Positions 25,664 through 35,913 of a DNA stretch of 64,000 nucleotides are shown here, piece after piece (position 1 is the stretch's first letter; every line of letters starts with the position of its first letter). The translations under genes and the position numbers were made by a program. The DNA lies in the NCBI GenBank assembly GCA_002350625.1, contig DEFE01000028.1, forward strand, positions 18,561 to 82,560, in the 5' to 3' direction. The notes under the pieces are model-generated. The model had not been told where the DNA came from and ran no database searches. It was given only the letters and a program-made list of their open reading frames with translations. The stretch is from Lachnospiraceae bacterium UBA2860 (GTDB lineage Bacteria > Bacillota > Clostridia > Lachnospirales > Lachnospiraceae).

Positions 25664-27160
25664 ATGGGTGAAATCATCCTTACCATGAAAGACATCGACA
25701 AGTCCTTCCCCGGTGTCCACGCGCTTGATCACGTTGATTTCGAACTGAGGCGCGGCGAAGTTCACGCGCTGATGGGAGAAAACGGCGCCGGAAAATCCAC
25801 CTTGATGAAGGTTCTGACGGGTATCTACACGAAGGACTCCGGAACCATCACCTATGAGGGAGAGACCGTAGAATTCCACAACACCCACGACGCTCAGGCA
25901 GCCGGCATCGTGATCGTCCATCAGGAGCTCAACATGATCGGCGACCTGACCGTGGCGCAGAATATCTTTATCGGCCGCGAGTTCAAAAAGGGGCTGATGA
26001 TCGACGACCGCAAAATGATCAGAGAGTCAAAAAAGCTCTTTGACGAACTGCATATCGATATCGACCCGCGGGCCAAGATGAGTGATCTCACCGTCGGCAA
26101 GCAGCAGATGTGCGAAATCGCGAAAGCCATTTCTCATCAGGCTAAGATCATCATCTTTGACGAGCCCTCTGCCGCTCTGACCGAAAAAGAGATCGAGGAT
26201 CTGTTCGCGATCATCCGGGATCTCAGAAAACAGAATCTCGGCATCATCTATATCTCCCACCGCATGGATGAGATCAAAGTCATCACGGACCGCGTGACGG
26301 TCATGCGCGACGGCGCCTATATCGGCACTCTGATCACCAGTGAATGCACAAAAGAAGACATCATCAACATGATGGTGGGCCGCGTCATCTACGAAAATCC
26401 CAAGACGCACAGTATGGTTCCGGAGGATGCCCCCGTCGTGCTGAAGGTGGAGCATCTCAACGCCGGTAAATCCGTGCAGGACGTGAGCTTCGAGCTCAGA
26501 AAGGGCGAGATTCTCGGCTTCTCGGGACTCATGGGCGCCGGCCGCACAGAGACCGCCAGAGCGCTCTTCGGCGCAGATCCGAAGCAGAGCGGCGACATCT
26601 ATGTAAACGGCGAGAAGGTCACGATCAACTCACCGGAAGACGCTGTCAGGCACGGCATCGGGTATCTGTCCGAGGACCGCAAGCGCTTCGGCGTGGTTGT
26701 CCAGAAGACGATCACGGAAAACTCCACGCTGGCCACGCTCGAGAAGTATATGGCGGGAATGTTTATCAACAAGGCGGCAGAGAAAGCCGTCGCCGAAAAA
26801 TACATTGCGGAGCTCGACACCAAGACGCCCGGAGCAGATCAGCTGGTCGTCAATCTGTCAGGCGGCAATCAGCAGAAAATCGTCATCGCCAAATGGCTCG
26901 TGCGGAACTGCGACATCCTCATATTCGACGAGCCCACCAGAGGCATCGACGTCGGCGCAAAGAACGAGATCTACAAGCTGATGAACCTCCTCGCTTCAGA
27001 GGGGAAATCCATTATCATGATTTCTTCGGAAATGACGGAAATCCTTCGAATGAGCGACCGGATCGTCGTTATGTGCGAAGGGAAAAAGACCGGAGAAATC
27101 CCGATCGAGGAAGCCACCCAGGAAGCGATTATGGACAAGGCAACCCGTGATATCAAGTAG
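25664..27160 (+). CDS. Monosaccharide ABC transporter ATP-binding protein with duplicated ATPase domains (RbsA-like)
   Basis: ATG at 25664 with GGAGAAGGAAGAG RBS. Walker A GENGAGKST. Second domain has GLMGAGRTE, signature LSGGNQQK and Walker B ILIFDEPTRGID. Confidence 0.9.
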   Translation: MGEIILTMKDIDKSFPGVHALDHVDFELRRGEVHALMGENGAGKSTLMKVLTGIYTKDSGTITYEGETVEFHNTHDAQAAGIVIVHQELNMIGDLTVAQNIFIGREFKKGLMIDDRKMIRESKKLFDELHIDIDPRAKMSDLTVGKQQMCEIAKAISHQAKIIIFDEPSAALTEKEIEDLFAIIRDLRKQNLGIIYISHRMDEIKVITDRVTVMRDGAYIGTLITSECTKEDIINMMVGRVIYENPKTHSMVPEDAPVVLKVEHLNAGKSVQDVSFELRKGEILGFSGLMGAGRTETARALFGADPKQSGDIYVNGEKVTINSPEDAVRHGIGYLSEDRKRFGVVVQKTITENSTLATLEKYMAGMFINKAAEKAVAEKYIAELDTKTPGADQLVVNLSGGNQQKIVIAKWLVRNCDILIFDEPTRGIDVGAKNEIYKLMNLLASEGKSIIMISSEMTEILRMSDRIVVMCEGKKTGEIPIEEATQEAIMDKATRDIK

Positions 27161-27171
27161 GGGGAAAGAGC

Positions 27172-28140
27172 ATGACGAAGAAAAGATCAATATTTACGCA
27201 GGAAGTCATCGTCGGCATCGTTCTGGTAGCCCTGTATCTGATCTTCCGCCTGATCAGTCCCGACTTCGGAAAATACACGACCTTCCTTAGCATGATGGAC
27301 ATTTCATACTATTACGCTCTGATGGCGATCGGCGTGGCCTTCCCCCTGATCACCGGAGGCGTGGACCTTTCCATCGGCACGGGGATGATCTGCTACGCGC
27401 TCGCGGGAGGCTGCCTCATCCGTTTCTACAACTGCCCCACAGGACTGGCGATCCTGGTTTCCATCCTGTTCGGCGTGGGCATCGGCCTCGCAAATGGCGT
27501 GCTGATTTCACTTATGGGTCTGCCGCCCTTCCTCGCGACGCTGTGTACCTGTATGATCACGAGAGGCCTCGGCTCGGTGGTCACCGGCTCCTTCGCCATT
27601 CCGTGGCCTACAGCCAAGCAGGACAACGGCTGGTTTCACTCGATCTTCAAGATCACGACCGCCGATAACCTGAAGCTGCCTTTGGGCCTCCTCTGGATCA
27701 TTCTGCTGACGCTGATCATGCAGTTCGTTCTGGCCCACACCAGATTCGGGCGTTACACGATCTCCATCGGCTCCAATAAAGAGGCGGCGATCCTGTCCGG
27801 CATCAACGTTAAGTTCTACCATGTGATGGTCTATATGGTCAGCGGACTGTTCGCAGGTCTCGCCTCCATCGCCTATGCGGCCGTCATCAAAACCGTGCAG
27901 CCAGGCACCGGGGCAGGCATGGAGCTCGATGCCATCGGCGGCGCTATCGTCGGCGGCGTCTCAGCCTCCGGCGGATACGGAACAATCTATGGGACCGTCA
28001 TCGGCGCATACGTCATCATATTCCTGAAGCAGGGCCTTCCGTATATCGGATTCAACGCGAACATGCAGCAGATCATCACCGGCTTCGTCCTCATCGGAGC
28101 GGTCACGATCGATATCATCAAGAGAAAGGTTATCAAATAA
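27172..28140 (+). CDS. Monosaccharide ABC transporter permease (RbsC-like), second copy
   Basis: 322 aa. TGGVDLSIGT motif and multiple TM segments. Confidence 0.9.
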   Translation: MTKKRSIFTQEVIVGIVLVALYLIFRLISPDFGKYTTFLSMMDISYYYALMAIGVAFPLITGGVDLSIGTGMICYALAGGCLIRFYNCPTGLAILVSILFGVGIGLANGVLISLMGLPPFLATLCTCMITRGLGSVVTGSFAIPWPTAKQDNGWFHSIFKITTADNLKLPLGLLWIILLTLIMQFVLAHTRFGRYTISIGSNKEAAILSGINVKFYHVMVYMVSGLFAGLASIAYAAVIKTVQPGTGAGMELDAIGGAIVGGVSASGGYGTIYGTVIGAYVIIFLKQGLPYIGFNANMQQIITGFVLIGAVTIDIIKRKVIK

Positions 28141-28246
28141 CATTCATTTCCGGAAACACCTCTCAAGAGAGGGATTTCATATGGGGCCGGTGATCGGCTC
28201 CGGCTCTATATCATTTTCATTCTATCAGCAAAAGGAGGATAAAAGA

Positions 28247-29356
28247 ATGAAGAAAAAAGTGTTGGCAGTGTTGATGAGCACAGTAATGATCGGAAGTCTC
28301 ATGGCCGCACCTGTTTTCGCGGCTGAGAACCTCTCCGACACAACGGAAGGCATTGCCCAGTTCGAAGGCCTCACCGCAAATGAAGCCTACGACTTCCAGA
28401 TCGTGGTCAAGAGCTTCCAGTCCACCTACTGGCAGGCAGCCCTTCAGGGCATGGACATGGCGAAGGATGAACTGGGTGTCACTTACACAGCCCAGGGACC
28501 TGCTTCTGAGTCTGACATTGCCGACCAGGTGAATATGCTTAACAGCGCGATCAACGGCGCACCGGCCGGCGTCGGCCTTGCAGCTTGCGACACATCGTCC
28601 GTGCTTGAATCTCTGCAGGCGGCTGTTGACGCGGGCGTCCCGGTCGTCGCATTCGACACAGGCGTTCCGGAACCGCCCGAAGGCTCCATCGTCTGCACCG
28701 TCGTGACAGATAACGTAGCGGCCGGCGAAGTTGCGGCTGTGAACCTCTACGAGGCAGTCAAGGACAAGATCGGCCAGGGCGCTCCTGTCCGTATCGGCGA
28801 AATCAACCAGGACAACTACGCTCTGAACATTCAGCAGCGCGGCCTCGGCTTCATCAACAAGCTCATCGAGCTGGCTGCAGCTGACGGCTTCACGGTAGCG
28901 ATGGAAGGCAATGAGTTCTACGTCAACGAAGCAGAAGGCGCTGTTGAAGGCGATGCAGACATCATCCTCGAAGTCCGCGTCCCGGCGCAGACAACGGTTG
29001 ACCTCTGCTCCACAGAGGCCGGCACGATCCTTGACAAAGAAGACACCATCGCTGTGTTCGGCTCCAACCAGACCGCGGCAGAAGGCCTCCTCGTCGCAAA
29101 TGACAACCGTGAAGTTCTCGGCGACACGATCGTTGGCGTTGGCTTCGACGCCGGCACATCCATCAAGGCTGCTGTTGAAGACGGCACATTCCTCGGCGCT
29201 GTGACACAGTCTCCGCTGATGATGGGCTACTACTGCATCTATGCGCTTACAGCGGCAGCGAACGGCCAGGAGCTCATCGATGTCCCGACCGACGGTTATT
29301 GGTACAACGCTGAGAACATGAACGACGAGAACATCGCTCCGAACCTCTACGACTGA
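28247..29356 (+). CDS. Monosaccharide ABC transporter substrate-binding protein (RbsB-like, periplasmic binding protein type 1)
   Basis: ATG at 28247 with AAAGGAGGATAAAAGA. Signal peptide MKKKVLAVLMSTVMIGSLMAAPVFA. Alternating beta/alpha PBP-1-like sequence. Confidence 0.85.
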   Translation: MKKKVLAVLMSTVMIGSLMAAPVFAAENLSDTTEGIAQFEGLTANEAYDFQIVVKSFQSTYWQAALQGMDMAKDELGVTYTAQGPASESDIADQVNMLNSAINGAPAGVGLAACDTSSVLESLQAAVDAGVPVVAFDTGVPEPPEGSIVCTVVTDNVAAGEVAAVNLYEAVKDKIGQGAPVRIGEINQDNYALNIQQRGLGFINKLIELAAADGFTVAMEGNEFYVNEAEGAVEGDADIILEVRVPAQTTVDLCSTEAGTILDKEDTIAVFGSNQTAAEGLLVANDNREVLGDTIVGVGFDAGTSIKAAVEDGTFLGAVTQSPLMMGYYCIYALTAAANGQELIDVPTDGYWYNAENMNDENIAPNLYD

Positions 29357-29357
29357 T

Positions 29358-29381
29358 CTTCTTTCCCTGCCGGGAAAGAAG
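29358..29381 (+). terminator. Perfect 10-bp stem hairpin 2 nt after the SBP stop (no U-tract). Possible partial terminator or mRNA stabiliser.
   Basis: CTTCTTTCCC-TGCC-GGGAAAGAAG. Confidence 0.3.
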
Positions 29382-29405
29382 TCAGGAACTGAAAGATGAT
29401 ATGCC

Positions 29406-29452
29406 ACAGGGCGCATTGCGTTGGTCAAACGGACCTTGGCGGTGCGCCCTGT
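29406..29452 (+). promoter_or_regulatory. Long-range 10-bp stem (ACAGGGCGCA ... TGCGCCCTGT) enclosing a smaller hairpin, in the leader of fucI
   Basis: Read directly. The 27-nt loop contains GGTC-AAACG-GACC. Confidence 0.25.
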
Positions 29453-29514
29453 CCTTCACAAAAACATTGCATAAGACAGCAGCCGTAAACGACATGTTTT
29501 AAAAGGAGAAAAAA

Positions 29515-31326
29515 ATGGCAGATACCAGAAAACTGATCGGCGGGCGCCCCGTCATAGGCATCCGACCGGTGATCGACGGACGGAAAGGTCCCTTGGATGT
29601 GCGCGGTTCCCTCGAAGAGCAGACCATGGGCATGGCAAAAAAGGCGAAGGCGCTGTACGAAAAGCATCTCCGCTACAGCGACGGGACCCCTGTAGAGGTT
29701 GTGATCGCCGATTCGACCATCGGGCGCGTAAGGGAGAGCGCCGCGTGCGCCGAGAAATTCAAGAAGGCAGGCGTCGACATCACGCTCACCGTGACACCCT
29801 GCTGGTGTTACGGCTCCGAGACCATGGATATGGATCCCACGACGATCAAGGGCGTATGGGGTCTCAATGCGACGGAACGTCCCGGCGCCGTCTATCTGGC
29901 ATCCGTACTTGCGACGCACGCCCAGAAGGGACTCCCCGCATTCGGCATGTACGGACACGAGGTGCAGGAAGCAGACGACGAAAAAATCCCGGAGGACGTA
30001 GAGGAAATGCTGCTGCGCTTCGGGCGCGCCGCGGTCGCGGTCGCTTCTTTGAGAGGAACCTCATACCTGCAGATCGGTTCCGTGACCATGGGCATCGGCG
30101 GCTCCATCATCGACCAGGACTTTATCGAGTCCTACCTGGGCATGAGAGTGGAGTCGGTCGACGAGGTGGAGATCATCCGCCGGATGAGCGAAGGCATCTA
30201 CGATAAGGAAGAATACGAAAGAGCCCTCGCCTGGACAAAGGAAAACTGCAAAGAATGCTTCGACAAGAACCCCGAGTGGATCCAGAAATCCCGCGAGGTC
30301 AAAGACGAGCAGTGGGAATTCACGGTAAAGATGTACGTGATCATAAAGGATCTGATGCGCGGCAATGAAAAGCTCGCGGAAAGCTTCCCCGAAGAAGCGC
30401 TCGGACACAACGCCATCGCCGGCGGATTCCAGGGACAGAGACAGTGGACGGATTTCTATCCGAACTGTGACTATCCGGAGGCATTTCTTGCAACCTCGTT
30501 CGACTATGACGGAGCCCGGGAGCCTTATGTGCTCGCCACGGAAAACGATGTCCTGAACGGCCTGTGCATGCTGTTCCAGAAGCAGCTCACCGGCAGGGCG
30601 CCGATGTTCTCCGACGTCCGCACGTATTGGAGCGGCGATTCTGTCAGGAGAGTCACCGGCTATGAAATCGAAGGCCACGCCAAGGATGCGGACGGCTTCA
30701 TCCACCTGATCAACTCCGGCGCTTCCGCTCTGGATTTCTCCGGCGTGTGCAGCGACGAAGAGGGCAGCCCCGTCTGCAAGGAGTGGTGGAATGTCACGGA
30801 AGAAGATATCTCGAAAATGGCAAAAGCGACGGAATGGGCTCCCGCAGATAACGGATACTTCCGCGGCGGCGGCTATTCTTCCAGATTTGTCACGAAGGCA
30901 GAGATGCCGGTGACTATGATGCGCCTCAACCTTGTGAAGGGTCTCGGCCCCGTCCTGCAGATCGCAGAGGGATGGACCGTAGCGCTTCCGGATGAAGTCA
31001 CGGATGTTCTCTGGAAGAGAACCGATTACACCTGGCCCTGCACCTGGTTTGCACCCCGCTGCGACCACAAGGAGGGAAGCCCGTTTAAGAGCGCCTATGA
31101 CATGATGCGCGCCTGGGGCGCAAATCACGGCTCCTCCGTCTACGGACACGTCGGCGCGGACCTGATCACAATGGCCTCGATGCTGCGCATCCCGGTCTGC
31201 ATGCACAATGTGCCGGACGAGAAAATCTATCGTCCCGCGGCCTGGGGCGCTTTCGGCATGGACAAGGAAGGTGCCGATTACAGAGCCTGCAAGAACTTCG
31301 GCCCGCTGTATAAAGCTTATAAATAA
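29515..31326 (+). CDS. fucI: L-fucose isomerase
   Basis: 603 aa. The N-terminus [14 protein letters not shown], the overall length and many conserved blocks match FucI. RBS AAAGGAGAAAAAA. Confidence 0.95.
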   Translation: MADTRKLIGGRPVIGIRPVIDGRKGPLDVRGSLEEQTMGMAKKAKALYEKHLRYSDGTPVEVVIADSTIGRVRESAACAEKFKKAGVDITLTVTPCWCYGSETMDMDPTTIKGVWGLNATERPGAVYLASVLATHAQKGLPAFGMYGHEVQEADDEKIPEDVEEMLLRFGRAAVAVASLRGTSYLQIGSVTMGIGGSIIDQDFIESYLGMRVESVDEVEIIRRMSEGIYDKEEYERALAWTKENCKECFDKNPEWIQKSREVKDEQWEFTVKMYVIIKDLMRGNEKLAESFPEEALGHNAIAGGFQGQRQWTDFYPNCDYPEAFLATSFDYDGAREPYVLATENDVLNGLCMLFQKQLTGRAPMFSDVRTYWSGDSVRRVTGYEIEGHAKDADGFIHLINSGASALDFSGVCSDEEGSPVCKEWWNVTEEDISKMAKATEWAPADNGYFRGGGYSSRFVTKAEMPVTMMRLNLVKGLGPVLQIAEGWTVALPDEVTDVLWKRTDYTWPCTWFAPRCDHKEGSPFKSAYDMMRAWGANHGSSVYGHVGADLITMASMLRIPVCMHNVPDEKIYRPAAWGAFGMDKEGADYRACKNFGPLYKAYK

Positions 31327-31349
31327 TCTGGATGAAAAGGAGAAGCGCA

Positions 31350-31796
31350 ATGTTAAAGAATATACCGCCTATTATATCTCCGGAGCTCCTCTCCGTCCTT
31401 AACGAGATGGGACACGGCGACCGGATCTGCATCGGCGACGGCAATTTCCCGGGCTCTTCCGTCGCGGGCGCCGACGGCGCGATCCTGCTCCGCGCGGACG
31501 GGCACGGCGTGCCCGAGCTGCTCGATGCCATCCTTCAGCTGATTCCGCTGGACGAATATGTCGATACGCCTGCCATGGTCATGGAAGTCATGCCGCAGGA
31601 TAAGGATCTGGATCTTCCGATCATCGATGAATACAAGAAGATCGTCTCAAAATATGATGCCCGCGGCGAAAAGGCCTTCGGCTCTTACGAGCGCTTTGAA
31701 TTCTATGAGCAGGCCAAAAAATGTTATTGCATCCTTCAAAGCGGCGAAACTGCCATCTATGCAAACCTGATTCTGCAGAAGGGCGTGGTCAAATGA
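31350..31796 (+). CDS. fucU: L-fucose mutarotase (RbsD/FucU family)
   Basis: MLKNIPPIISPELLSVLNEMGHGDRICIGDGNFP is nearly collinear with E. coli FucU ([26 protein letters not shown]...). RBS AAAAGGAGAAG. Confidence 0.9.
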   Translation: MLKNIPPIISPELLSVLNEMGHGDRICIGDGNFPGSSVAGADGAILLRADGHGVPELLDAILQLIPLDEYVDTPAMVMEVMPQDKDLDLPIIDEYKKIVSKYDARGEKAFGSYERFEFYEQAKKCYCILQSGETAIYANLILQKGVVK

Positions 31797-31838
31797 CAGG
31801 CCGCTTTCTTGCCTGATTTACCAGTGGAGGAAAACACT

Positions 31839-32525
31839 ATGCTCATGAAAGAGGCCAGAGAAAAAATAGTTGCGTTCGGAAAACGGATGGAGGCGGACGG
31901 GCTGACGCTCGGCACGGCCGGAAATATCAGCATCTTTGATCCGGAGCTCAGGCTTATGGCCATCAGCCCGTCGGGCATTCCCTATGAGAAAACGACGCCG
32001 GAGGATATTGTGATCCTGGATGAGGAAGGAAATGTCGTCGAAGGCGAAAGAAAGCCTTCCAGCGAATACCTTCTGCACGGGGCCTTCTACAAAACAGATC
32101 CTGAAGCCCGCGCCGTCGTCCACACGCATTCGATGTACTGCACGATTCTTGCCTGCATGGGAGAGCCTCTCCGTTCCGTGCATTATGCCATCGCAGAAGC
32201 ACAAACGGATGAGATCCCGCTGGTGCCCTATCACACCTTCGGCACCCCCGAGCTGGCGGCGGCAGCTGCGAAAGCTCTTAAAAAGCCGGGGAGAGGGCTG
32301 ATCCTGGCCAATCACGGCATGTGCGCCTACGGGCCTTCGATTGAGAGTGCCTACGGTCTGGCCCTGACCATGGAGTGGTGTGCAAAGGTGCAGTGGCACT
32401 GCATGGCGGCCGGAAAGATGAACGTGCTTTCCGGCGAAGAGATGCAGATCGCGATGGAGCACTATAAAACATATGGGCAGAAAAAAAGCGACGGCACCCA
32501 TACACAAGGCTACAGCGGAGTATAA
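31839..32525 (+). CDS. fucA: Class II aldolase, L-fuculose-phosphate aldolase
   Basis: GTAGNISI, SPSGIPYEK, PSSE and VVHTHS blocks are collinear with E. coli FucA. RBS GGAGGAAAA. Confidence 0.85.
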   Translation: MLMKEAREKIVAFGKRMEADGLTLGTAGNISIFDPELRLMAISPSGIPYEKTTPEDIVILDEEGNVVEGERKPSSEYLLHGAFYKTDPEARAVVHTHSMYCTILACMGEPLRSVHYAIAEAQTDEIPLVPYHTFGTPELAAAAAKALKKPGRGLILANHGMCAYGPSIESAYGLALTMEWCAKVQWHCMAAGKMNVLSGEEMQIAMEHYKTYGQKKSDGTHTQGYSGV

Positions 32526-32558
32526 CAGAAAACAAAGCTGCGGCAATGGAGGGGATAC

Positions 32559-33950
32559 ATGAATAATTACTACCTGGCAGTGGATCTGGGCGCCTCAAGC
32601 GGGAGGGTCATCGGAGGTTACATCGAAGACGGCCGTCTGATTCTGGAGGAGCTGCACCGCTTTGAAAACGGAATGACACGGGTAGACGGCTCGCTGTGCT
32701 GGGATTACAATCATATTTTCTCCGAGATTTTGAAAGGACTGAAAATCTGTGCGTCCCGGAAAGAAAAACCGGTGAGCCTGGGAATCGATACCTGGGGCGT
32801 GGATTATGTACTCCTTGACCCGGACGGACTTGTTCTCGGCAAAACATACGCTTATCGCGACGACAGACTCGCGGGAATGGACAAGCGGGTCGATGAGATA
32901 ATAAGTCCCGGGGAGCTGTACGCCAGAACCGGCCTGCAGAAAGCATCATTTAACACCATCTATCAATTGACGGCTGACAAAGCTTACAGGCCGGACCAGC
33001 TGATGGCGGCAAGCTCTCTTCTGATGGTTCCGGACTACCTCAATTATCTTCTGACCGGAAAGCAATGCTGCGAGTATACGGAAGCTTCCACGACGCAGCT
33101 GCTGAAAACCGGGAAGGCAGCGTGGGACCTGGATCTGATCCGCATGCTCGGTCTCCCGGAAGGCATCTTCCTTCCGCTCGTACCGCCGGGCACCTTCGTC
33201 GGACAACTGAAGGAAGATCTGGCGAAAGAAATCGGTTTTCAGCTGAAGGTGGTCACGGTTGCTTCCCATGACACCGCTTCCGCCATCGCGGCAATACCGG
33301 AGCAGGGCGACAATTATATCTATATCAGTTCGGGCACATGGTCCCTCATGGGCGTAAGTCTCGATACACCGATCTGTACGGAGGAAAGCCGAAAGGCCAA
33401 TCTGACGAATGAAGGCGGCTACGCAGGCAGGATCTGTTATCTAAAGAACATTATGGGCCTTTGGATGATCCAGAACCTTCGCAGGGAAATGGCGCCGCAC
33501 TTGAGCTACGGCGAAATCTGCGCACTGGCTGAAGCATGCGAGGACTTCCCTTCCAGAATCAATGTGGATGACGCGCGTTATATGGCTCCTCAGAGCATGG
33601 CGGAGGAAGTCCGGAGCGACTGCCGCGAACAAGGTGTTCCGGTCCCCGAGACGCTGGGCGAACTCAGCGCAGTGGTATACCACTCTCTCGCTGAGAGCTA
33701 TGCGAAGGCGGCGGCGGATCTGGAGCGGATTACCGGGAGAACCTACAGCAAGGTACTGATTGTGGGCGGCGGTTCCAATGCTTCATTCCTGAACCGCCTG
33801 ACAGCAGAGGCACTGCATAAGACAGTGAGCGCCGGACTGCAGGAAGCGACGGCTGCCGGCAACCTGATGGTTCAGATGCTTGCTTCAGGAGAAATCAGCA
33901 GTTACGAAGAGGCAAAAGCGCTCATAAGAAATTCCTTCCCGTTTGCGTAA
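32559..33950 (+). CDS. FGGY-family sugar kinase, RhaB-like. L-fuculokinase by context.
   Basis: The N-terminus LAVDLGASSGRVI...LHRFENG is rhamnulokinase-like. It is the last gene of a fucI-fucU-fucA cluster. Confidence 0.8.
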   Translation: MNNYYLAVDLGASSGRVIGGYIEDGRLILEELHRFENGMTRVDGSLCWDYNHIFSEILKGLKICASRKEKPVSLGIDTWGVDYVLLDPDGLVLGKTYAYRDDRLAGMDKRVDEIISPGELYARTGLQKASFNTIYQLTADKAYRPDQLMAASSLLMVPDYLNYLLTGKQCCEYTEASTTQLLKTGKAAWDLDLIRMLGLPEGIFLPLVPPGTFVGQLKEDLAKEIGFQLKVVTVASHDTASAIAAIPEQGDNYIYISSGTWSLMGVSLDTPICTEESRKANLTNEGGYAGRICYLKNIMGLWMIQNLRREMAPHLSYGEICALAEACEDFPSRINVDDARYMAPQSMAEEVRSDCREQGVPVPETLGELSAVVYHSLAESYAKAAADLERITGRTYSKVLIVGGGSNASFLNRLTAEALHKTVSAGLQEATAAGNLMVQMLASGEISSYEEAKALIRNSFPFA

Positions 33951-33954
33951 GCAA

Positions 33955-34002
33955 ATGCATCAAAAAGAAGCACACCACATGGTGTGCTTCTTTTTGATGC
34001 AT
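33955..34002. terminator. Bidirectional rho-independent terminator (perfect 22-bp stem)
   Basis: ATGCATCAAAAAGAAGCACACC-ACAT-GGTGTGCTTCTTTTTGATGCAT, between convergent genes. Confidence 0.85.
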
Positions 34003-34028
34003 ATTTCAGCGCGGGGGTGCAGCCGCAA

Positions 34029-35303
34029 TCAGGGAATCTCCACTTTTACGATCGTTCCGCCCCCTTCCCTTGGGCTTATTGTCATTTTCCCGCGGCACAT
34101 CATTTCAAGGCGCTGCCGGATATTTTTCAGGGCGATATGCGGCTCGCTGTCATCGGCAGCGCCGGTCCCCAAAGCGTCGAAATCAGCGCCGTCGTTTTCC
34201 ACGACGATGACGCTCATGTCCTCCGTCTTCATCGTCCGGATGGAGATATGGAAGGATGCGGCATCCGGGTCCATGCCGTGCTTGACGGCATTTTCGACGA
34301 TGGGCTGCAGCGTCAGCGGCGGCACGCGGAAGTCGACATGCGGCGTGTCGTAGTCGACGAACAGGAAGTCCTCGAACTGTGCCTGTTCTACGGAAAGATA
34401 AGCGCGCGTGTGCTGCAGCTCCTCGGCAAAGGGGATGGGCTCCTCACTCGCGATCGCGGTGAAGTTCTTCCGCAGATAGGTGGTGAAATCAAGCGTGACC
34501 TGCTGCGCCAGATCGGCATCCTGTTTGCAGAGATAGTAGATGCTCATCATGGTGTTGTAGATGAAGTGCGGCCGCATCTGAAGGACCATGATGCTGGCGC
34601 GCTGATGGGCGATCTCCTCTTGCTGGCGCACATATTGTTCGACCTTGTCAAGCAGGATGAGCCCGAACATCGAGAGCGAGCTGAACGCGATGCTGAAGCC
34701 CAATAAGATAAATACCGAGACGAAGAAATGGACGCCCACGACGATTGTCATGGGAATCGTCGCGGTGAGAAATGCATAATAGTATCTTTTGGACAGTCTG
34801 CTCCGCCGGCGGACCGTGCCGATCAGGTTAAGGAGAAGCATCACCTCTATGTTCAGAATCACCAGCGAATACAGCGGTCCGCGCATCAGTTCGCGCTCCG
34901 GCAAGTAGTAGTAGAACAAGTCTGTAAAGGGAGAGATGTTCACCATGATGAAGAATATGAGCCACAGAGCCATCATGGCGCGGAAGAGCGCGCTGTGCCG
35001 CCAGTCTTCTCCGCAGGAGTACAGCAGGAATAAGGTCATCAGGAGGAGGGGGATGCATGCGAGGAGCGTTTCGACATAATCGATAAAATACTGCACTGTT
35101 TCCATCCCCGGGCGCAGATAGATGAACCCGCTGATCATACTGATGGTGCAGTACAGCATAATGGTCAAAAAATAGATGATGAAGAAGCGCCTGCTTGTCC
35201 GGTCGCTGCCGGGCATCAGAAGAGCGATGCTTAATCCTATAAGCGTAAGCATCAGCGCAGCGCCGATCAGGATGAACTCGATTGGAAGCGCAAGTTCGCT
35301 CAT
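34029..35303 (-). CDS. Sensor histidine kinase, LytS/YehU-type (6 TM plus His_kinase/HATPase)
   Basis: H-box MRPHFIYNTM, N-box LQPIVENAVKHG, G-box ENDGADF. The ATG overlaps the upstream stop (ATGA). Confidence 0.85.
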   Translation of the reverse strand: MSELALPIEFILIGAALMLTLIGLSIALLMPGSDRTSRRFFIIYFLTIMLYCTISMISGFIYLRPGMETVQYFIDYVETLLACIPLLLMTLFLLYSCGEDWRHSALFRAMMALWLIFFIMVNISPFTDLFYYYLPERELMRGPLYSLVILNIEVMLLLNLIGTVRRRSRLSKRYYYAFLTATIPMTIVVGVHFFVSVFILLGFSIAFSSLSMFGLILLDKVEQYVRQQEEIAHQRASIMVLQMRPHFIYNTMMSIYYLCKQDADLAQQVTLDFTTYLRKNFTAIASEEPIPFAEELQHTRAYLSVEQAQFEDFLFVDYDTPHVDFRVPPLTLQPIVENAVKHGMDPDAASFHISIRTMKTEDMSVIVVENDGADFDALGTGAADDSEPHIALKNIRQRLEMMCRGKMTISPREGGGTIVKVEIP

Positions 35304-35899
35304 CTGCCCGTGCCTCCCGGGAAAAAGGGGTACCGCAGCTTTTTGAGCTGCTCCTGAACGCCCTCCGCCGTGATCGGTTTCAGCATGAAGCCGCTGGCCC
35401 CGGTGCTCCAGGCGTCGACGGCATAATCGCTGTAGGCTGTTAGAAATACGATGTTGGTGCGGGGATTGATCTCAAGCAGCTGCTGGCAGAGCTCGAGCCC
35501 GCTTATTTTTCCCATCTCAATATCCAGAAATGCCAGCGCGACAAGGTTTGCCCGCGCGTATTCGAGGGCCTCCGACGGCCGTGTGAAGCCCGTGACTGTC
35601 GCTCCCGGCATCACTGCTTCGAGGACGGGCAGCGCTCCGCTGAGGATGATCTTCCGATCGTCCACGATAATCACATTGGGAGTTTCGTCACTCTCTGCTG
35701 CAGCGGAAAGCAAGGTGCCCGCATCGACGTTAAGGCACCTGGAGAGGCGCGAGATCATCGCCGCATCCGGCAGCCGGCTGCCATTTTCCCAGCGGGCAAC
35801 CGTGGACCGTGTGACATAGATCTGCTCAGCCATTTCGCGCTGCGATAGTCCCCGTCCCGTCCTGATCTTTTTCAGTGTTTCTGCAAACAGCATGTTCAT
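35300..35899 (-). CDS. Atypical response regulator: N-terminal XRE-family HTH fused to a C-terminal receiver domain
   Basis: HTH LKKIRTGRGLSQREMAEQIYVTRSTVARWENGSRLP. The receiver has DD (IIVDD), the phospho-acceptor D (AFLDIEM), T (FLTAYSD) and K (MLKP). Confidence 0.85.
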   Translation of the reverse strand: MNMLFAETLKKIRTGRGLSQREMAEQIYVTRSTVARWENGSRLPDAAMISRLSRCLNVDAGTLLSAAAESDETPNVIIVDDRKIILSGALPVLEAVMPGATVTGFTRPSEALEYARANLVALAFLDIEMGKISGLELCQQLLEINPRTNIVFLTAYSDYAVDAWSTGASGFMLKPITAEGVQEQLKKLRYPFFPGGTGR

Positions 35900-35913
35900 A
35901 GAGGGGACTCTCC

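Noticed and set aside
28217-31350. 403-aa and 429-aa minus-strand ORFs (28217-29428, 30061-31350)
   Set aside because: They are antisense to the RbsB-like SBP and to fucI, both of which have clear family signatures. The antisense products are Arg/Asp/Val/Ala-rich low-complexity sequences.
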